This document shows positions 21,700-31,516 of a DNA stretch of 64,000 bases, one piece after another. The stretch is from Escherichia phage LorandFenyves_Bas91. The translations under genes and the position numbers were made by a program. Position 1 is the first letter of the stretch, and every line of letters begins with the position of its first letter. The notes beneath the pieces are model-generated. The model was not told the DNA's origin, did not search any database, and saw nothing but the letters and a program-made list of their open reading frames with translations. Where the stretch lies: sequence record PQ850614.1. One strand, given 5' to 3'.

Positions 21700-22153
21700 A
21701 TTCCACTCTATTTTTAGTTGCTTCTTCTAAAGTATCAAAAGACCCTAAGTACTTAGTTCTACCCTTAATTGAGATGTTTGATATGTATTTACCCTTTCTG
21801 TTTAGATAAACACCTTTTACACCAGAGGTGTTATTAATGTTCAACCCTTTATTCCAAGAGTTTACTTCATTATTAACTTCCCTTAGATTAGAGATAGAGT
21901 CATTTGAAGGGTTTCTATCAATATGGTCTATCTGATCTTCAGGTAAATAACCCTTAGCAGAGTACCAAATCACATGATACCTGTACACTTGATGGCCTTT
22001 AATCCTTATCAGGCATCTTCCGTCTTTTCTGATAGACCCTACTTCCATTCCTTTCCTACATTTTGTCCCGTTATGAACCTTCCAGAAAACTTTCCCAGAA
22101 GATAAATCACAATCAAAATATTTGTCAAGGAGTTCCTCTATCATATCAAACAT
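21671..22153 (-). CDS. HNH homing endonuclease with AP2-like DNA-binding domain
   Basis: YHVIWYSAKGYLPEDQIDHIDRNPSNDSISNLREV (HNH) plus SGVKGVYLNRKGKYISNISIKGRTKYLGSFDTLEEA (AP2-like). Confidence 0.65.
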   Translation of the reverse strand: MFDMIEELLDKYFDCDLSSGKVFWKVHNGTKCRKGMEVGSIRKDGRCLIRIKGHQVYRYHVIWYSAKGYLPEDQIDHIDRNPSNDSISNLREVNNEVNSWNKGLNINNTSGVKGVYLNRKGKYISNISIKGRTKYLGSFDTLEEATKNRVEYERKYTSEL

Positions 22154-22356
22154 CCATCACAGGTAAGATCTCCGAGAAGGGACAGTGATAACAAACGAGA
22201 CTGCTCATCGCTATACAGTTGATCAATCTCTTCTTTAAGTTTTGCCAACTCAATGAAATTGATAAGTTGACCATGTTCAAGACAGTCTGTTTTTAGTATA
22301 AATAAAACTTCAGCGTCTGTTGAATCTTCACTTGAATATTTATCAATGTATTCCAT
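22141..22356 (-). CDS. hypothetical protein
   Basis: Coding-like ORF in tight operon context. Confidence 0.35.
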   Translation of the reverse strand: MEYIDKYSSEDSTDAEVLFILKTDCLEHGQLINFIELAKLKEEIDQLYSDEQSRLLSLSLLGDLTCDGCLI

Positions 22357-22358
22357 TT

Positions 22359-22580
22359 TTATGCCACATCTCCTTGTTTGTTGTTAATAACATCCAGTGC
22401 TGTATACGCTTTACCTGTTCCTAAGTATTCTAGAACTGGAGGACTCTTCTTTTCTTCAGCGACTACATAAGGTGTGATCTTCCCTTTCAGTACAGCCTGA
22501 GATGCTTTAGCACTGTCTTCAGATATGTGAATAGTAGTAAGCCCTTTCTTTCCAATTCTATAAGTGTGAACCCAAATCAT
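22359..22580 (-). CDS. hypothetical protein
   Basis: Coding-like ORF in tight operon context. Confidence 0.35.
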   Translation of the reverse strand: MIWVHTYRIGKKGLTTIHISEDSAKASQAVLKGKITPYVVAEEKKSPPVLEYLGTGKAYTALDVINNKQGDVA

Positions 22581-22777
22581 ACTTCTTCCTTATATTCCCA
22601 ATTTCTTTCATAATACCCAGAGTTGTAGTTTAGGGCGCACCTCTCGGCCTCTTCTATGTCGTCAGTGTTTAGGATATTTACCCATCCTCCAACTTCATCA
22701 AAACCTTCTTCTACTTCGTTAACCCATACACTATACTTTTTCATCGAGAAGTTCTTCCCCAATCTTTTACATAGCAT
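22577..22777 (-). CDS. hypothetical protein
   Basis: Coding-like ORF in tight operon context. Confidence 0.35.
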   Translation of the reverse strand: MLCKRLGKNFSMKKYSVWVNEVEEGFDEVGGWVNILNTDDIEEAERCALNYNSGYYERNWEYKEEV

Positions 22778-22913
22778 CGACCGTTAACCCACTTTGTCTC
22801 TGACTTAAATTCTTGAGACAATCTCACTTCACAGTCTTCTCTACTGGCATCTCCTCCGATATCAATCAGATACAGGAATAGAGCTATACCTAAAGCCCAA
22901 AGAATTATCTTCT

Positions 22914-23306
22914 TCATCGAATCACCAAAGGCTCTTCAGAGTACACAGGAGCGGCTATTTCTACAGGAGGTGCTGCCCTAAGGTCATTAAGTCTTACGCC
23001 CTTCAGCATACCGTCTAGGTGGTCCTTTTTGGGGATTCCAACAGGGAAGTCGTCAATCCAGATATCTACAAAGAAACCTAGCTGTCGGCATACCTCATCC
23101 TTCTGGACACCATTACAAAAGATGATAGGAATCTGCAAACACTCTGCATCAATCTTGATGTCATGATTATCGTACCCATTAGGCTCTGCAAAGCGATAAG
23201 TTACAAAGCGTACATCATAGCCCTTTTCTTGCATTAATGCCACCACAGAGCGCCACAGCTTTTTATCTGAGGTGTAAGTGTCATCGTAATCTAAACCAAT
23301 ATTCAT
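22914..23306 (-). CDS. HAD-superfamily-like phosphatase/nucleotidase
   Basis: ATG at 23306 after AAAGGA; N-terminal MNIGLDYDDT fits HAD motif I (DxDxT). Confidence 0.45.
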   Translation of the reverse strand: MNIGLDYDDTYTSDKKLWRSVVALMQEKGYDVRFVTYRFAEPNGYDNHDIKIDAECLQIPIIFCNGVQKDEVCRQLGFFVDIWIDDFPVGIPKKDHLDGMLKGVRLNDLRAAPPVEIAAPVYSEEPLVIR

Positions 23307-23319
23307 GTCAAATCCTTTA

Positions 23320-23347
23320 GACAAGAAAAGCCGCCCGAAGGCAGCTT
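23320..23347 (-). terminator. intrinsic terminator (UUCG-loop hairpin)
   Basis: Minus-strand RNA AAGCUGCC-UUCG-GGCGGCUU followed by a U-run; same hairpin core as at 52577. Confidence 0.55.
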
Positions 23348-23538
23348 CTTATTTAACTGTTCACTTTAGCTTCAAGTGTTTCGTTTTCAATACTCAAGTC
23401 AATCACTACACCAGTAAGCTCAACGACTGCTTGGCGAAGGGCATCTTTACCCATAGAGTGTACTTGAGATAAGAAGAAAGCTTTACCTTCTTCAGTGGAT
23501 AGGGTTTCTTTTAATTCAGAAGCAGTCATTGATATTCC

Positions 23539-23733
23539 TTATGTTATGTTATAAATTCGCATGATTGTACCACCATTGGCTTCAATAGCAGCAACCATTT
23601 GGTTTCGTTCTTCATCCGTGTAAACTAACACACTTCTAAACTCACCTGTTGCATCAGTATAAAGGATGTTATATTTCGGAGGTGGCTTACGGTAAATACC
23701 TTCCATCACTCTTTCTCCTCTCGCTCTTTCCAC
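23539..23733 (-). CDS. hypothetical protein
   Basis: Coding-like ORF. Confidence 0.35.
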   Translation of the reverse strand: MERARGERVMEGIYRKPPPKYNILYTDATGEFRSVLVYTDEERNQMVAAIEANGGTIMRIYNIT

Positions 23734-23889
23734 AGTTCGGCTAGCTCTAGATAGAACTCAGCCTCATCAGGACGACCTTGTTCATTACAGATGGCGCTCT
23801 GACGATAACACCAATCCGATGGCATCTCTTCCACTTCAATCTCCTTGTTACGAACCAATCAATAAGAATAGTTCATTCGTCTTATTTAT

Positions 23890-24084
23890 TCACTCTACCA
23901 ATGCAGGTACTTCTATCCTTTTAACTGTGAATGTCTTGTTTGGAAACTTTCGAACTAGCTCTGCTGCTTTGGTTATTGCTAAGTTCTCTGTCTCAAAGAT
24001 ACACAGTTGACCATTTAATGCTACGAGAGTGGAGCCACCGCTGAAGACGGCCCAAGATTCATAATAACCACGAACACTCATCAC
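23890..24084 (-). CDS. hypothetical protein
   Basis: Coding-like ORF. Confidence 0.35.
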   Translation of the reverse strand: MMSVRGYYESWAVFSGGSTLVALNGQLCIFETENLAITKAAELVRKFPNKTFTVKRIEVPALVE

Positions 24085-24449
24085 TCAACCTCGATACTAT
24101 ATAGAGTTTTCAGTGTATCTTTAATCCAAGCCCGTCGTTTTGGATTCTTATGATGTGCCCCGTTTTCCCTATCTCTAAAATACTGATCACATCCGAATGG
24201 GTATGTTGGGTCCAAAAACTTTTCTTGATTAAACATATTCTTCATGTCGTCAATATCTAAATGCTTTGTGAAATAGTAATACCTCTTATAACAGCGAAAG
24301 TTGAAGCATAATCCGTGATCTTCACTAAACCATTTTGGATAAATTCCAGTCTTAGTTATTTCATAATATTGGAGGAGGAAATCCTCCATCCCCCTCTCTT
24401 TAGCTAAACATCTCAATGTTCTGTAGATGATATTGGTTTCTTTCATCAC
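24081..24449 (-). CDS. hypothetical protein
   Basis: 122-aa ORF directly downstream of the polymerase gene. Confidence 0.4.
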   Translation of the reverse strand: MMKETNIIYRTLRCLAKERGMEDFLLQYYEITKTGIYPKWFSEDHGLCFNFRCYKRYYYFTKHLDIDDMKNMFNQEKFLDPTYPFGCDQYFRDRENGAHHKNPKRRAWIKDTLKTLYSIEVE

Positions 24450-24454
24450 TCACC

Positions 24455-26299
24455 TTAGTGTGTATGCATCCAGTTAAGTCCAATCTGACAATCAGATGCC
24501 AGAGGACATTCCATATTCAGATACTCGCCAGCTTTCTTAACACAAAGCTCGGTGTGCTCTTTGAGTTTCTGTACATCATTACGGTTTACTGAGAATTGAC
24601 CTTCATCGTGCATATCAATTACCTTAGCACAACGAACCTTATCTTTCTCAATCCACTTGTTAAGGAACATCATAGCATATTTCATAACAACAGCACCAGC
24701 ACATTGCAGGAGTGTGTTAAGGGCTTTATGAACCATAACCTTACCAGTGGCATCCCGTCTCATTGTAATCTTACGACCATCAACTCCAATCAAGTATCCT
24801 TGAGCAGCTTTCTCTGTCATACGATCAATGAGGATTGCAATACATGGATTCTCTGCCAAGAAACGTGCTCGCATCACTGAACCTTCGTCAGCCCCACCAC
24901 CTACAATTGAACCAAGCTTAGCGTCGCCAGCACCATAGTTAAATGCATAGATAAACGTCTTAGCGTTGTCACGAGTAGGAAGACCAGCAAGTTTCTGGTT
25001 GTGGGAGTGGATATCACCTTCAAGGAGAATATCACGATACATAATAGCAGAAGCTAAACCACGTTCTGCCAGAGCTTTCTTAGCTGGGTTGTTCTCTTCG
25101 ATTGCCTCAGCAAGCATATCCCTACACTCTTTAATGAGGTAGTGAGCGAGCATACGAAGTTCAAGTCCAGAACCATCATACCCTAAGAATACTTCTTTAC
25201 CAGCGGGTATGTAATATTTGTAAGCGCCTACAGGTTTGTCTTTCTTCCCCGGCTTACCTTTCTCGTAAATTACGTTAGTACCTTTTCGTATATAACAACC
25301 ATCAGGAACAACGTTAGTAATAACGAAAGGACGAGAGTGATCACTGTCTGAGTTATAGTCAGACTCAAACAAACTGCGACACTCGTGACCAAACAGACCA
25401 CGGGAGGGAATATTAACCACGATACGATGTTTGAATCGAAAAGTCGGCGTAGCGCAGCTGTTAGCTTCTGCCGAAAGTTTACCATCTTCGCGTTCCTTTG
25501 CTATGAGTCCACTGATAAGACCTAGCCTGTGAGCCGCTACAACGCGTCTCTTAAGCAAACTTCCGACACTCCCTAGCTCACCCCCTAACCCTTCTTCAAG
25601 AGTCTCCTCGAGGTTTGTAGGAGCTGTAGGCCACTTGTTTGATGTGGCTAGTGCTTTCTTAATCTCATCAAACGTTACAGGATTACGGCGATTAGGGTTC
25701 AACCCCAAACCAAATACGTAAGCCTTCATGTAATTCTTAGTCTTAAACCTGAAATGCTTTTCTAAGAACTTCTTAATATCAGCGTCAACCATCTCGGCTG
25801 TCTGCTTCTGCTTAGCATTGCCTCGCATCCAAGCAGTATACCATGCTTGGTATGTTCCATACTTTCTCATATCTTTCTTAATTTCGAAAGTATTCCAAGG
25901 CTTCTTAGATACGTTAAACTCTGGAGGAAGAAAGCCCTCATCCATAAGAGCTTCTTTAACTCGTGCATCTTTCGATGGGTCAAAGTCTACGTATTCGACA
26001 CAGGTGAAAGCTCCACCAATATCTTCTCTCTTCAGCCCAACCCTATCACAATAGGCTTGAGGCCACTTCTGTAAAGCTCCAGACTTCTTAAATGGCTTCA
26101 TGTAAGTAGAGCCATCTAATCTCATCTTAGGTAAGAGAGGAATCAACTCTCTGTCAATATTAACAATAATCTCTTTAAGGAGGTGAACATACCACCGAGC
26201 ATTTCTTCGGTTGAAACTCACTCCGTGCTTTGCTTGCTTAGAGATTATATCAGCGACAGTCATCTCTGTCAAAAATGGAAGAGCGTCCGGGTTGCTCAC
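24455..26299 (-). CDS. DNA polymerase, family A polymerase domain
   Basis: Motif A (GYDGSGLELRMLAHY), motif B (RDNAKTFIYAFNYGAGDAKLG) and motif C (VIDMHDEGQF) all present. Confidence 0.9.
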   Translation of the reverse strand: MSNPDALPFLTEMTVADIISKQAKHGVSFNRRNARWYVHLLKEIIVNIDRELIPLLPKMRLDGSTYMKPFKKSGALQKWPQAYCDRVGLKREDIGGAFTCVEYVDFDPSKDARVKEALMDEGFLPPEFNVSKKPWNTFEIKKDMRKYGTYQAWYTAWMRGNAKQKQTAEMVDADIKKFLEKHFRFKTKNYMKAYVFGLGLNPNRRNPVTFDEIKKALATSNKWPTAPTNLEETLEEGLGGELGSVGSLLKRRVVAAHRLGLISGLIAKEREDGKLSAEANSCATPTFRFKHRIVVNIPSRGLFGHECRSLFESDYNSDSDHSRPFVITNVVPDGCYIRKGTNVIYEKGKPGKKDKPVGAYKYYIPAGKEVFLGYDGSGLELRMLAHYLIKECRDMLAEAIEENNPAKKALAERGLASAIMYRDILLEGDIHSHNQKLAGLPTRDNAKTFIYAFNYGAGDAKLGSIVGGGADEGSVMRARFLAENPCIAILIDRMTEKAAQGYLIGVDGRKITMRRDATGKVMVHKALNTLLQCAGAVVMKYAMMFLNKWIEKDKVRCAKVIDMHDEGQFSVNRNDVQKLKEHTELCVKKAGEYLNMECPLASDCQIGLNWMHTH

Positions 26300-26315
26300 T
26301 TTATACTCCTTTAAA

Positions 26316-26738
26316 TTATTGGTAAAGTAAATCTGTAAATGCTTGGTTATCTTCTACTACATTCAACATGGTAGCTTCATCACTATAAGCCCTAACCGTC
26401 CCGTTGACAACTGTCCAAGGAGGAGGTGGAGGTGGTGTATGGTTAGCCCTAGCTTCACGAGGTTGCTCTCGTACTAAATGAGCCACAACCCTTTGGTTAG
26501 CGACTTCTTCTCTTTCTCTAATAGCTCTCTGGATATAGGCCAGCTTCATGCCCCAAGCTTCTTCAAACTCTTGAGGATGCTTATCACTGATAACCACATA
26601 CTGACGTTCAGAAATACCAGAGCGAATCTCTGATAATAATTCATGGAACAAATCTAGTTCGTGCTCAGTGAGATTCATTTCAATATCATCCCACTTTAGA
26701 ACTAGGAAACGGTTTTGGTGTCTAGCTGGTAATGGCAT
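26316..26738 (-). CDS. hypothetical protein
   Basis: 140-aa ORF with poly-proline tract. Confidence 0.4.
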   Translation of the reverse strand: MPLPARHQNRFLVLKWDDIEMNLTEHELDLFHELLSEIRSGISERQYVVISDKHPQEFEEAWGMKLAYIQRAIREREEVANQRVVAHLVREQPREARANHTPPPPPPWTVVNGTVRAYSDEATMLNVVEDNQAFTDLLYQ

Positions 26739-26741
26739 AAC

Positions 26742-27026
26742 TCAACCTCTTGGGAATGGCATCAAAAATTCCACAGCAGATTTAATTTCACTATTGATTC
26801 TTGAATCACGATAAGAGATAAACTTACCTTTGCTATCACGTAACATCACATGAGTTCTGGCTGTTTTGTGAGGGAGTAGTGTGACACTAGTTGGGATAGT
26901 ATCAATCCCTACAGCGTATTTGTCAATAGTCTTACTTTCAGCCAACAGATAAGACCAAGTACGCGGTTTCTTCTCCGGGCGGTTGGGGTATGTGTCTCGA
27001 ATCTGTACCATAGCTAACTTATTCAT
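26742..27026 (-). CDS. hypothetical protein (tandem paralogue of the next gene)
   Basis: Shares ...TART.V.LR...GKFISY...FPxG with 27028-27282. Confidence 0.45.
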   Translation of the reverse strand: MNKLAMVQIRDTYPNRPEKKPRTWSYLLAESKTIDKYAVGIDTIPTSVTLLPHKTARTHVMLRDSKGKFISYRDSRINSEIKSAVEFLMPFPRG

Positions 27027-27027
27027 A

Positions 27028-27282
27028 TTAAACTCCTTTAGGGAATGGAATGAGATTTTCTACTGCAACACGGAAAGATTTTTCTACGTTCTTATTCTTA
27101 TAAGAGATAAATTTTCCATCAGCTCCGCGAAGGAGTACGTTAGTGCGAGCTGTTTTTGGGTTAATCTCAATCATCCGTTCGATGATCTTGTTTGATTTGT
27201 TGTGGTGGTTAGTGAAAGTCCACTTAACAACCTTGCCATCTCTGGTTACATCAAAAATATTTACGATTTTTACAATAGACAT
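27028..27282 (-). CDS. hypothetical protein (tandem paralogue)
   Basis: See 26742-27026. Confidence 0.45.
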   Translation of the reverse strand: MSIVKIVNIFDVTRDGKVVKWTFTNHHNKSNKIIERMIEINPKTARTNVLLRGADGKFISYKNKNVEKSFRVAVENLIPFPKGV

Positions 27283-27350
27283 ACTTATTACCTAGGAAGT
27301 TTAGTTTGGTTTATATAAAAGAAAAGGCCACCCATTTGGGTAGCCTTATA

Positions 27351-27668
27351 TTACGATGAGCTTAAAGCTCCTTTGCGTGCTCCAGCTGCTTTTCCAGCTC
27401 GATCACCACTTTTGCCGCCGTTTGAACGGTTTGAGCTGACTGATTCAACACGTAAGTTGCTTGACGCATTAGAGCCTCCAGACTTGACAGCTCGTTTGTG
27501 TCCAACGTCTTTACCTCTGACAGCAGCTTTTCCATCGCGCTTTTCAACGATGCGACGTGCACGGTGGCGCTGAGCATCTCCGCTCTTGCTCCCAACGCCT
27601 GTCTCACCACGGGCAATTGCGGTACGTCTTTCTTGTGCATAATCTCTCTTTCCTACATGGTCTGCCAT
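27351..27668 (-). CDS. basic G/K/R/S-rich low-complexity protein (possible nucleic-acid binder)
   Basis: AAGGAG RBS 7 nt upstream; TAATGTATA motif ~40 nt upstream; chosen over the overlapping alternative frame 27362-27640. Confidence 0.5.
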   Translation of the reverse strand: MADHVGKRDYAQERRTAIARGETGVGSKSGDAQRHRARRIVEKRDGKAAVRGKDVGHKRAVKSGGSNASSNLRVESVSSNRSNGGKSGDRAGKAAGARKGALSSS

Positions 27669-27704
27669 TTAGAACTCCTTAATATATCAGTGTACACTAA
27701 GGAG

Positions 27705-27713
27705 TATACATTA
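27705..27713 (-). promoter_or_regulatory. TAATGTATA motif
   Basis: Exact 9-mer on the minus strand ~40 nt upstream of the 27668 start. Confidence 0.5.
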
Positions 27714-27724
27714 TAAGTTACTGT

Positions 27725-28462
27725 TTAAGCTTTCTTTTCCATTGCTTTAACAATCGCCTTACAGAAACCAGAACGAACAATATCATCCGATTCACCGTCT
27801 ACAATCTCAGCAAACTCATACAGATCATGTTCATCAATAAAGTTGGTAGCCCAAGTAAGACCACTCTCACGACCACGCATATCATGCTGGTTAGTATCAC
27901 CCATGCAGAACAGCTGAGAGGTTTCTCCCAATCGAGTCATGATTGAGAAGGCTTCATCTTTAGTGGTGTTCTGGAACTCATCAACAATAACAATAGCATC
28001 ATTGAAAGAACGACCACGGAGATATTCCAGAGGTACGAACTCAATGTTGCTATTACCAAGTTGGCATTCATAGAACCCCTTACCATATCGCTGAGTGATA
28101 ACATCAATGATAGGCATCAGGTATGGTTCAAACTTCTCACGCATTCCTCCCGGAAGTAACCCAAGAGAGTTGCCCATGCCAACCGAAGGGCGACTCAGAA
28201 TGATCTTCTGAATCTTACCACTCTTCAGTGCATCAATAACCGTGGAAGTGATTACAAAGGTCTTACCACAGCCCGCAGGAGCGTCTGTGAACACAACTTG
28301 TTTAGTCTTAATAGCATTGAGTAGCTCAGACTGAAACTGGTTCTGAGGGACTACAGGCTTTGCTAAAAGCACCTCTTCATACTCTCGCTTACCTTTACGA
28401 GTAACAAGTGCTTCCCGACGAAGGTCTTTCCGTGATTCTTTCCGTGATTGACGACGACTCAT
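27725..28462 (-). CDS. phoH: PhoH-like ATPase
   Basis: Walker A APAGCGKTF; LSRPSVGMGNSLGLLPGG; VIVDEFQNTT...GDTNQHD match PhoH conserved blocks. Confidence 0.8.
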   Translation of the reverse strand: MSRRQSRKESRKDLRREALVTRKGKREYEEVLLAKPVVPQNQFQSELLNAIKTKQVVFTDAPAGCGKTFVITSTVIDALKSGKIQKIILSRPSVGMGNSLGLLPGGMREKFEPYLMPIIDVITQRYGKGFYECQLGNSNIEFVPLEYLRGRSFNDAIVIVDEFQNTTKDEAFSIMTRLGETSQLFCMGDTNQHDMRGRESGLTWATNFIDEHDLYEFAEIVDGESDDIVRSGFCKAIVKAMEKKA

Positions 28463-28644
28463 TTACGCTCTCCAATTTCTTCGTAATGACACTCAGTAGT
28501 TAAGCAGTCTTTACAGATTGCTGTATAAACCCTGACGTTAGTAAATCGTTTATTCTTCCCTTTGGTTGGAGAGCCTTTGGCAAGCTCTCTGATAACCTTG
28601 TTACTTAAATGAAGGTTTGTTCCTTCACATCTAGAGCACTTCAT
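28459..28644 (-). CDS. small zinc-ribbon protein
   Basis: CxxC...CxxC spacing in 61 aa. Confidence 0.4.
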   Translation of the reverse strand: MKCSRCEGTNLHLSNKVIRELAKGSPTKGKNKRFTNVRVYTAICKDCLTTECHYEEIGERK

Positions 28645-28960
28645 GGTTCATATCTTTATGAATCCTGTAAACAGCTGTCGCCATACAAGCAACAGCCTCA
28701 TTATGTGGGAGGTGCATTCCTGTAGAACCATCCCAATCTTTGAACTCAGCGTCAAAGACTCCGGTAGGCTCTGGATACAGAGCTTGCAGCTCCACTAGAT
28801 CATTAGCAACTTGTTGCCATTTATCATCAGACCAGATAGGGTCATCCAACCAGTAATACAAATAGGAATGGATGATCAATTGCCTTCTATACCGATTGAT
28901 TACTTCAGCTGGACTTATCTCACTTCCATTTGAAGTCCTAAATGTATTACCGTCGATCAT
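28631..28960 (-). CDS. hypothetical protein
   Basis: 109-aa ORF. Confidence 0.4.
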   Translation of the reverse strand: MIDGNTFRTSNGSEISPAEVINRYRRQLIIHSYLYYWLDDPIWSDDKWQQVANDLVELQALYPEPTGVFDAEFKDWDGSTGMHLPHNEAVACMATAVYRIHKDMNHEVL

Positions 28961-29163
28961 TATGAAAATTTCCGTTCTGTTAAAAAGTATATAACTTCAC
29001 CATCCGGAGACCGAACTTTCTCTCCGTTTACCAACTTCTTGGCGTCTTCATATGAAGAACAATCTAAAGCAGGGTTATCAGGTGTTGGTTTCCTTAGGAA
29101 ATATTTCCAAGTCCAACGCTCTCCGTCATCGTCTTGGCAGTCAAGAGTCCACAAAGTTTTCAT
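28960..29163 (-). CDS. hypothetical protein
   Basis: 67-aa ORF. Confidence 0.35.
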   Translation of the reverse strand: MKTLWTLDCQDDDGERWTWKYFLRKPTPDNPALDCSSYEDAKKLVNGEKVRSPDGEVIYFLTERKFS

Positions 29164-29408
29164 TTCACAACCTTAAATTTGAATGTTGTTGGGTGATAAT
29201 AGTGCAACCTGTTAATGGTGTGCTTTGTTTCAAGATATATCCTACAAGAGTGACACATGACATGAGACAGACCAGTCACAGAGTTGGGTTTGAAGTTGGC
29301 GATAGGCTTCTCTTTCTTACAGAAGCTACAGACTTTCTTTTCCATCTTTTCTCCAGTGATCAACGAATTGCTGAAACACTTTACGGTCAAATGTGAAATT
29401 ACGAGCAA
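29160..29408 (-). CDS. small Cys-rich (zinc-binding-like) protein
   Basis: CSFCKK...CHSCR pattern. Confidence 0.4.
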   Translation of the reverse strand: MLVISHLTVKCFSNSLITGEKMEKKVCSFCKKEKPIANFKPNSVTGLSHVMCHSCRIYLETKHTINRLHYYHPTTFKFKVVK

Positions 29409-29559
29409 TTCCGCATTCTCTAAAAGTGGCAGGCATATAATCTACATCACCTTCAGATGTATGATCATAGACTTGAATAAGCTTTTTAATCTTATCCTTC
29501 TCTCTTCGAGGAAGCATCCTAAATGCCTCCTGAATATCTGTAATGTGTTTGATTTTCAT
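29326..29559 (-). CDS. hypothetical protein
   Basis: 77-aa ORF. Confidence 0.35.
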   Translation of the reverse strand: MKIKHITDIQEAFRMLPRREKDKIKKLIQVYDHTSEGDVDYMPATFRECGIARNFTFDRKVFQQFVDHWRKDGKESL

Positions 29560-29708
29560 CAGAAATTCCTGCTAATCCTCTGAGTTGTGGGAACAGCAAT
29601 ATTCACATACTCCACAACAAGGGCAAATTTCTACACTTGGGTCGTATGCATCATCAACTGTCATCCCACACTTAGTGCAGAACACATCATCATCTTCCTC
29701 TTCCAATA

Positions 29709-30365
29709 TTAACTCTCCAAAGTTTTCTTCAGGGCTGCCCATGAGATTGGGTAAAGTTTAGCCATCTCTTCATCCAGAGATTGAGCAAACACTCGAACTT
29801 CGTATTGAGCGTGAGAGGAGAGTCGCTGACGACACAACTCAAACCAGCCATATAAAGAACCAGTCCACACCCACTCAGTGATCATTCCCTGAGGAAGAAC
29901 AAATCGGGCTTGCTCTGGTGCAACGAATTCGATTAACTTGTCATATGCTGCTAGAGAAGCTTCATATGCATCGTTAATCAACATTAATGCTTCAGCTCGT
30001 TCTCCATCGATGAGTTGAACCCCTGAACCTGCATGGAGGTCCGAAGGTCTCGCAAAAATCTCTTTAGGGATGAAGACTTCAACTGCTCCATCTTTATACC
30101 GCCGGGACATTTCGTTCCACGAGAATCCAACCTGATGCTTGCCCAACTGTCTCGCAATTGCGATAGGTGCTTTGCATCGGAAACTGACTTGCGGGTGTCG
30201 GAATGGGGTAACATGCTTCTCTCTTGCGAGGAAGTTGATGAGACGTTCATCACGTTCATTTAAATCACCTTCACGGGTTACGCCAAAGGAAACTCGAGCT
30301 GCGTTTACTACGCTACGATCACTTCCCATAGCTTCGATTAATGTTGCTTGTAGTTGTTCATTCAT
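29709..30365 (-). CDS. thyX: flavin-dependent thymidylate synthase (ThyX-like)
   Basis: HVTPFRHPQVSFRCKAPIAIARQ...KHQ...SWNEMSRRY resembles the ThyX RHR...SxxxSxRY signature region. Confidence 0.65.
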   Translation of the reverse strand: MNEQLQATLIEAMGSDRSVVNAARVSFGVTREGDLNERDERLINFLAREKHVTPFRHPQVSFRCKAPIAIARQLGKHQVGFSWNEMSRRYKDGAVEVFIPKEIFARPSDLHAGSGVQLIDGERAEALMLINDAYEASLAAYDKLIEFVAPEQARFVLPQGMITEWVWTGSLYGWFELCRQRLSSHAQYEVRVFAQSLDEEMAKLYPISWAALKKTLES

Positions 30366-30380
30366 CCGTGAATATCCTTA

Positions 30381-30656
30381 TTACTTATTGCTCAGGGCTG
30401 TGTCCAAAAATGCTTTCAGGTTTGCTTCGGTCTGCATACCAGAGAGGCTGTAGTGTGCACCACTGTTACGGTCAGGCACAACAAAAGCAGGGATGCTTCG
30501 TACACCATACTTAACAGCTTGCTCACGACCATCACCTTCAAGGATGTTAATCTCTTCCACTTCTACATCAAACTCCTTAACAACCTTCTCAAAGGTAGGA
30601 GCCATTGCTTTACATGGAGCACACTGATCACTATAAAACTTAATTACTTTAGACAT
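30381..30656 (-). CDS. thioredoxin
   Basis: CAPC active site; KYGVRSIP and LKAFLD parallel E. coli TrxA blocks. Confidence 0.8.
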   Translation of the reverse strand: MSKVIKFYSDQCAPCKAMAPTFEKVVKEFDVEVEEINILEGDGREQAVKYGVRSIPAFVVPDRNSGAHYSLSGMQTEANLKAFLDTALSNK

Positions 30657-30664
30657 GTAAATCC

Positions 30665-30844
30665 TTATGCGGTCAGGAGGTGAAGCAGGAACGGGATAAC
30701 AACAGCTACGATAACCATGATAGTTGATGCTGTTTGAATCTCACCTTTCTTATCAGGAGTTTCTTCAATAAGCTTACCAGAAGCCCAATAAATACCACCA
30801 CCAATAAAGATAGCCCAAATACCCCATACGATTGCTGATAACAT
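30665..30844 (-). CDS. small two-TMD membrane protein (59 aa)
   Basis: AAGGA RBS; two hydrophobic helices; preferred over the overlapping alternative-frame ORF 30706-30978. Confidence 0.35.
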   Translation of the reverse strand: MLSAIVWGIWAIFIGGGIYWASGKLIEETPDKKGEIQTASTIMVIVAVVIPFLLHLLTA

Positions 30845-30904
30845 ATATCTATATCCTTATAAATAAGTTCGCCCCACCTCGGGTTAGGAGACAGGGCGGA
30901 GGTT

Positions 30905-31516
30905 TTAGTAAGACACATCACCACTTGAATGGGACATGTTGCTCTTGACGAAGTAGCAATACTTGCCAAGACCTTCATTAATTTCTTGAAGCATACTCTG
31001 ATCGACAGGGTAAGTGGCTAAATCGCCATCAAACTCATCCATCTTCTCAATAATACACATCAAGGTCATGCACATATCAGAGAGCATACCGTCCATGTCT
31101 AGATCAGCATTACCCTCTGAGAACCAAGCATGAGAGAGGTAGTTAGCTGCTGTAGCATCCACTTTAACACAGTGATAACGCATACGTTCAGCAATACGAT
31201 CTCCTACTTGTCGTGCGTAATTTTCCAACTCATCAAACATACCATGAACACCCTGAAATCCTGCACCAGAGACATTCCAGTGGTAGTTTTTAGCTTTGAT
31301 ATGCAAGAGTTCCATATTAGCTTGTAAGCAGCTCAGGATGTGTTCTAGGCTGTTTCCGCTAATCATACCCTGCATCGTTTCAAGGCGAGAGATTGAAAGC
31401 TCTGACCGATCTAACATATTATAGTCGGCACGACCAATATCAGGTAAATCAAAGACATTCTTATGCATTTGGGTTTTCTCCATCAAGTTCAACTGAGTTA
31501 GCAACGTTACGTGCAA
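30905..31516 (-). CDS. Dps-like (ferritin-superfamily) protein
   Basis: KNYHWNVSGAGFQGVHGMFDE...DRIAERM and C-terminal YFVKSNM parallel Dps conserved blocks; exact start uncertain. Confidence 0.55.
   Translation of the reverse strand: MHVTLLTQLNLMEKTQMHKNVFDLPDIGRADYNMLDRSELSISRLETMQGMISGNSLEHILSCLQANMELLHIKAKNYHWNVSGAGFQGVHGMFDELENYARQVGDRIAERMRYHCVKVDATAANYLSHAWFSEGNADLDMDGMLSDMCMTLMCIIEKMDEFDGDLATYPVDQSMLQEINEGLGKYCYFVKSNMSHSSGDVSY

Noticed and set aside
27362-27640. 92-aa ORF overlapping 27351-27668 in another frame
   Set aside because: The 27351-27668 frame has a strong AAGGAG RBS and upstream promoter motif; the alternative frame has neither.
30706-30978. 90-aa minus-strand ORF overlapping the Dps-like gene 3' end
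   Set aside because: Weak RBS and overlaps two better-supported genes; the 59-aa membrane-protein frame (30665-30844) fits the gap with a proper RBS.
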